Shown here: positions 58,813-64,000 of the stretch, in pieces
Layout: every line of letters begins with the position of its first letter
How positions within the stretch are numbered: the stretch's first letter is position 1
DNA from: Thraustochytrium aureum
Taxonomy: Eukaryota
DNA: 64,000 nucleotides
Reading direction: 5' to 3'
NCBI GenBank assembly: GCA_012862495.1
Contig: BLSG01000216.1
Span: forward strand, 585,796-649,795
Notes under the pieces: generated by a model
What the model was told of the DNA's origin: nothing
Databases searched by the model: none
Seen by the model: only the letters and a program-made list of their open reading frames with translations
Program-made: the position numbers and the translations under genes

Positions 58813-59173
58813 CGCCACCATGCCTAGGGTAAAGCAAACCCGGAATCAAATCCTGTGTCGCCGTTTCCTTCTCCTGCGACCGGCCCAGGCCAAGGAGGAC
58901 CTCCTTGCTCCGACGGGGCGAAATCAATCAACTCGTTCGCACTTGACAGGTTCAAGGCCCTTGCAGCATTCCTCTCCGTTCTGTTGTTCTTGCGAGAAAC
59001 TGAACAGAAGACTTGGAGAAGACGAAGAAGAAGAAGCTGGAGCAGGCCGTGCGCGAAGGCGGAGCTCGCAAGGGGCCTGCGCGCTGCTTCGAGAGCAACG
59101 TCGGCGCCCGGCCCAGCGGCCTCGGCGCGTGCTCCAGAGGGCCTGGCGACGGCAGGCGGCTGGCGCAAAGGGA

Positions 59174-59918
59174 ATGTCAGGCGGCGGACTGCCCGCGTCC
59201 TGGACGTCCGCGCTGGCCCAGGCCGCAGTCGACAAGTGGGGCCTCCCGCTCGCCCAAAAGGGCGCAGTGCTGCTACATATTAACCAGTTTGCCGCAGGTG
59301 AGTCGGCAGCGAGAGCAAGGTGGCTGGCTGGCTGGCTGGCTGGCTGGGCGGATGGCGCGCCGACGCAGTGTCGAGGTCTGGTCCGCTAACAGGCCAAGCG
59401 CGCGCTGTGCTCCCTCGGGTGCAAAGAATTTGTTAGGATCTTGACGACGCAGGCCAACGCCGAGTGCGACGTTGCAGCAGAAAACCAGACAAGCGCAGTG
59501 CGGCGACTGTCGGACACACACGTGCTCAAGGCACTCCACTCCTTGGGCTTCCGCAAGTACTACAACCACCTCAAGAAGCAGCTGCGCGCCGAAAACGCGG
59601 AGGACGAGCACGAATCAGACGCGCCTCGGCCGGCCATTGAGCCCAGCAGCCCCGGCCAGACTCTGGGGCGGGCAAAGCGCGCCAGGGCTGCGCGTCAACG
59701 CCAGCCTGTTTCGGAGTGCAAAGCACCGGCACCTGCACCAGATGACTCGAAAGGCGACAGCGGCCGGTAGGGCCAAGCTCACACAGGAGGAGAAGAAACG
59801 GCGGCGCGCCGAAGCCAAGAAGCGAGTGAAGCGGGCCAAGCTCACGGACGCGGAGATGGCCGAGCTCGCCCAGGAGCAGGAGCGCCTCCTATCTAGCTCC
59901 GCCGCCAAGCTCGGATAG
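59174..59918 (+). CDS. NC2beta/Dr1-like histone-fold protein, intron 59298-59426, frameshift at about 59765
   Basis: Spliced product reads ..AAEFVRILTTQANAEC..HVLKALHSLGF..Y, with a Dr1-like tail KRAKLTDAEMAELAQEQERLL. The intron has GTGAGT, a GCTAAC branch site and an AAG acceptor. Confidence 0.7.
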
Positions 59919-59964
59919 TGAATTGGTTTCTGCAACATAGAAAGCTGGCTTATGATACCCGCAA

Positions 59965-62900
59965 CTACGGCGCCAGCTCGACTTCGGTGCGCTCCTCAGA
60001 CGCGGCTGTGCCGGTTTCGCCTGTTGAAGGCGCAGCAGTGCCCGCACCCCCCGGAGCAGCCTCTTCCTCAGCCGCTAGCCGGGTCGCGAGCCCGATCAAA
60101 GTGCGCGAGCGCGGGCCATTCGCCAAGCGCTCCATACACCCCGGCGTGTCTTGCACGGTGCTGAGGTACAAGGCCGCGACCTTGTCATTCACAAATTGGG
60201 CCTGGAGCTCCACGTTGCCGGACAAGATGCCCAGAAGCAGTTCTGCAACCTTTTCGTGCGCCTCCGGGATATGAACACTCTCCACAGCAGCAAAAGCCAC
60301 AAGGCGCATGCACATCGAGACGAGCCGCGCTGGCTGCTCCCCGACGTCGGCGCCGCTCAGGACTCCCTTGAGGATGCACACGAGCGCGGCGAAGTAGGAA
60401 AAGGAGAGTGCGGGCACCGTTTTGGTCGCGTTCACCGCCTGCTGCTCGCCTTCCAAAGAGCTGTTCAGAGTGAGGGTGACGCGATTCTGGTGAAACTTTA
60501 GCGCAGGCTGCACGCACTTCGCTGACAAGGTCGAGCGCAATTCTGCTGTCGGGGCGATGCGGCTCAGCTCCAGGAGGCGGACGATGCACTCGCTGGCCAA
60601 GTCCGCCACCTCGCCCCCGACAAAAGCCCTGCACAGTGCATACAGGTCCACCACGAGGTCAGCTCGCGCTGTCCACTTGAGAAGGACAGGTTGGATTTGT
60701 ACGACTGGCGCGAGCCCACGTATCAAGGGAGCGGCGGCTTCGCGCGCACCTGCGTCGTCCCCGTCGCTTTGATCAGCGACGTTCGAACCAGAGGGTTTCG
60801 AAACAGCNNNNNNNNNNNNNNNNNNNNNNNNNNNNNNNNNNNNNNNNNNNNNNNNNNNNNNNNNNNNNNNNNNNNNNNNNNNNNNNNNNNNNNNNNNNNN
60901 NNNNNNNNNNNNNNNNNNNNNNNNNNNNNNNNNNNNNNNNNNNNNNNNNNNNNNNNNNNNNNNNNNNNNNNNNNNNNNNNNNNNNNNNNNNNNNNNNNNN
61001 NNNNNNNNNNNNNNNNNNNNNNNNNNNNNNNNNNNNNNNNNNNNNNNNNNNNNNNNNNNNNNNNNNNNNNNNNNNNNNNNNNNNNNNNNNNNNNNNNNNN
61101 NNNNNNNNNNNNNNNNNNNNNNNNNNNNNNNNNNNNNNNNNNNNNNNNNNNNNNNNNNNNNNNNNNGTATCTGGCGCATCGCTGTCCAATACGACGGCCA
61201 GGGTGCGCGAACCGTCGCCCGCCGTCGAAATGACAGACACTACTGCCGGGGACCTGTTATAAATTGACCTGATCACCGTACTCAGGTAAACCGGGCCTCC
61301 ATGCAAGAAGAAAACGGAGCGCGACGCTTCGCACATTTCGCGGTGTTGGTCGCCCAGTTTTGCGGCCTCTCTGCGAATCTCAGCAACGGCCTCCGCGCGT
61401 CGCGCATCCTCAGGCGCATTCTCCGAGAGCCCGAGCTCCAAGGCGTGGCGCAGCACGTTGACCCGGCGCGATAGCGCGCTCAGCCCGAGATGCTGCGTGA
61501 AGTCAATCGTTGCGAGCATGCTCTGCATGACTGAGTTGCGAAACGTCAAGCTGAAAGCCATAACAGCCCTGAGCAAAAAGTAGAGCGGCTCCCCCGATCT
61601 CCCAAACTCGTGAAGGTCCAAAAAGAAGTATCGCATCGCCCATGTCAGGTGCTGCAGCGTTGCAAGCCGAGCAGAAATGCGAGGGCGCGTCTCCTTCGCG
61701 TTCAAGAGCCGCACAAACATTTCGTAGTACGGCGGAGCGTATGTCGAGTTGTAGACATAGTGCTGCTCCTGCGGGCGAACCGTCATCGAGATATTGAGCA
61801 TCAGCTCTAGCCTGGGGTGCTGGGCAAGAACGCGCAGCAAAGGGCCCTCCTCACCGATGAGCTCGGTGAGCAGCGCCAAGAGCTCGCCCTTGTTCCAGTC
61901 GCATTCAAGCTTGTGGTCGTCAAGCGTGAGGATCGCGTTGACGAGCCCAGCAAGCGCATCGTTGCACATCTGCTCGTGCTGTCGGACTTCCGGGAACGCC
62001 GCCAAAAGGAGGCGAGCGACGCGCGCTATTGCAACGATCTCAAAGTGCGCTGGCTCCTCCGGGGCCAACTCAAACTCGAGTACGCGCAAATTACGAGTCA
62101 TCGCGGGCTCGACCCCACCACCAGCTGCCAACGAAGCCGCGCTTGCGCCGGTCAGGTCCCGGCTCCACGCATTTTTCACCCCAGAGGCCAGCGGCGTGCA
62201 GGGCCCCCTTTTCGCAACGGCCTCAACGGACTCGTACGCGTCCGCTTGGCAAAGCCGTCGGAGCGAATCGCCCGAGAAGAAGCGCACGATACTCTTCACG
62301 AGCCGCGACCGCAGCGCAGCGATCTCCTGCGTGCTCCTAAATGCGACTCCCCGCTCTGCGTTGACGTCTGCGTCCAACGTGACTGTGCCATCAGCCTCCA
62401 GCGCCGTGTCAACATCTGCAGCGGGAAGGACTGCTGCGACGGGCGAGAGCTGCGGCCTCTTCCTTGTCCACCGTGCTGCGGCACAGCAAGAGAACGAGCG
62501 CGGCGGTGCTCCGTCTGACGTCGACCCTTTTCGACCTCACAAGCCAGCGAACCCAAAACGACGCCCTTTGCCTGAGCAACCACAAGCTGACCTCGAATAG
62601 TCCGTCGCTGACAGCCCAGCGCCCCAGCGCTTGCAAGGCGCCCGGAACGACAACGCTCTCCACGTTGTAGTCCTCTTGCAGCGTTGCGAACAGCTTGCTC
62701 AAAAAGTCCCCAGCGCGTCTCTCGCGGAACTCGTCGTCGATCTCCAGCACACCCTCGGCCACGGCGAAGACCACGCGAAGCGAGCGCGGGCTCACCACCT
62801 GCGCCAGCAGTCCCGGGAGCATGAGGGAGACGTCCACGTTGCTTTCGGCGAGGTGCAGGAAAAGCTTCTTCACATCGACCGGGCTGGCGTCCGAGTCGAC

Positions 62901-64000
62901 CATACGAATCAAGAACGGCAAACTCACCATCATGTGCACGTCCATCCAACCCAGGGTATCGACCTTTGGCGAGGCGCCCTCTGCGTCCTCGTCCTCCTCA
63001 GAAGCCTCGTCTTCCAACTCTCTCGAGTTGGCGCTGGCTCCGCTCTGGGATCGGGCATTGTCGCCTTCTGGCTCACGGTCCGCGGCTCGTTCAGGTTGAC
63101 TTGTGCTTGGTTGGTCTTCTGCGACCGAACCCCCGCTGTCACTCGCACTCATTGGCTCGTCTTCCCGCAAGTGGCTCCTCGGGGGCCGAGGCACTTTGCT
63201 TGCGACGACGAGCTGCGTGAGGAGATGGATCGACCAGGCCATCATCGGCTTGGCGTACTTGTCGCCCATTCCGAACCGGGAGTCCAGGTTGCGCTCCATC
63301 TTAAAGGTGGTGGTCTTGAGCGCTGGCGACTCGCTACAGAGGATAAAGTCAAGCAGGCGCGGCACTGCGCCCAGGCGCAGCATGAGACGGCGTTCTTGCT
63401 CACCTGCAGCTGCGAAGCAGCTCAGAACATGGAAAAACTCGCCAAAGTTCTTCCAGTAGTTGTCCGCCTCAGTGACCAAGCCGAGCATCCAGCCCACGAC
63501 GCGGGCCGCGTCCGAGGAGACCGCAGGTATGCAAGGAATCTCCAAGCAATCGTACCAGAGCAGCTCCCCGAGGAGCTCTGGGGACTGCGGCCCGCTTTCG
63601 GGGTCGACAGGCCCAACGGCGTGCCCAGGCGGCGAGCGCTCTGCGATTCCCCGTCGCACAATGCACCCTGGCAACGGGCTCGAAACGTCGCCGATGTCGT
63701 AGTAGCTGTCTGTGAGGAACGTCTCGACCATCGCTTCGTCCCCCTCCAGGTAGCCGATACGCTCAGCGTCGAGGTGGTCTGTCAGAAGGGACGTCAGCAG
63801 CGCGGAGAACTCCTCCCTCACGGCCACAATGGGGCAGCGCAGCAGGAGTTGCTTGATGATAGTGGCCCCGTTCGCTTCAAACGTCCCGCAGAACAAGGCG
63901 CCTACCCAGCTCAAAGTCGCTGGACACCAGCCTGCGGAGGGCGGCGAGCACATCTAGAAAGGGCGCCTTGTCCTTGGCGTGCACGAGCGTGTTGAACGCC
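59965..64000 (-). CDS. C-terminal region of a USP9/USP24/USP34-like large deubiquitinase (5' part off window; frameshift at about 62430, gap 60808-61166)
   Basis: LLLRCP..AVREEFS.LL, YWKNFGEFF.VL..FA..G..ERRLML.LGAV.RLLDF..ESP, MGDKYAKP. The catalytic domain is not in the window. Confidence 0.7.

Noticed and set aside
58820..59170. Upstream ATG at 58820 extending the Dr1-like ORF
   Set aside because: The extension has no homology signal and starts immediately after the NSUN5 3' element. ATG 59174 fits the histone-fold start better.
10050..62450. Many apparent frameshifts (about 10070, 16830, 25815, 29250, 34870, 36560, 41995, 43050, 48690, 49855, 54080, 58285, 59765, 62430) as programmed frameshifting or pseudogenes
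   Set aside because: Most are fixed by adding or removing one base in a short run (ACGGACTC, CGCAAAACGC, CACGCCCCTC, CTGAAGAC). They go in both directions, share no slippery motif and hit conserved genes such as IFT74 and NSUN5. This fits homopolymer sequencing error.

Overview
This is a GC-rich, gene-dense eukaryotic genomic scaffold with few, short GT-AG introns and about 15 N-gaps. It is not prokaryotic. The gene content (IFT74, ENKD1, DIX-auxilin, an EPT-cytidylyltransferase fusion, a VWD-like secreted protein) suggests a flagellated protist, possibly a stramenopile or labyrinthulomycete (inference only). About 26 genes are recognisable: VPS13, ENKD1, nucleolin-like, Mpv17/PMP22, a beta-lactamase-family hydrolase, an FHA plus forkhead-like protein, a tetraspanin-like protein, a divergent Rab, an APH/EcKinase-like kinase, a giant LRR-IQ-B-box-MABP-EF-hand protein, a CDP-alcohol phosphotransferase/cytidylyltransferase fusion, a Cys-rich VWD-like protein, a TPR protein, DIX-auxilin, a multi-TM protein, (6-4) photolyase/cryptochrome, LST8, AP-1 sigma, IFT74, ERGIC/Erv, NSUN5, NC2beta/Dr1-like and the C-terminus of a USP9/24/34-like protein. 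Many ORFs are broken by single-base indels, most of them at short homopolymers, so these are probably sequencing errors. The most interesting observations are: (1) a FoxK/Fkh-like FHA plus divergent forkhead architecture; (2) a recurrent palindromic CTCTAGCTAGAG-type element at gene 3' ends, combined with strong strand alternation; (3) a Kennedy-pathway enzyme fusion with a degenerate CDP-alcohol motif; (4) a DIX-auxilin with HTD in place of HPD; (5) a 47-aa Lys/Ala-rich microprotein; (6) an AT-rich degenerate repeat island; (7) a candidate structured ncRNA. All domain calls come from motif recognition by eye; no searches were run.
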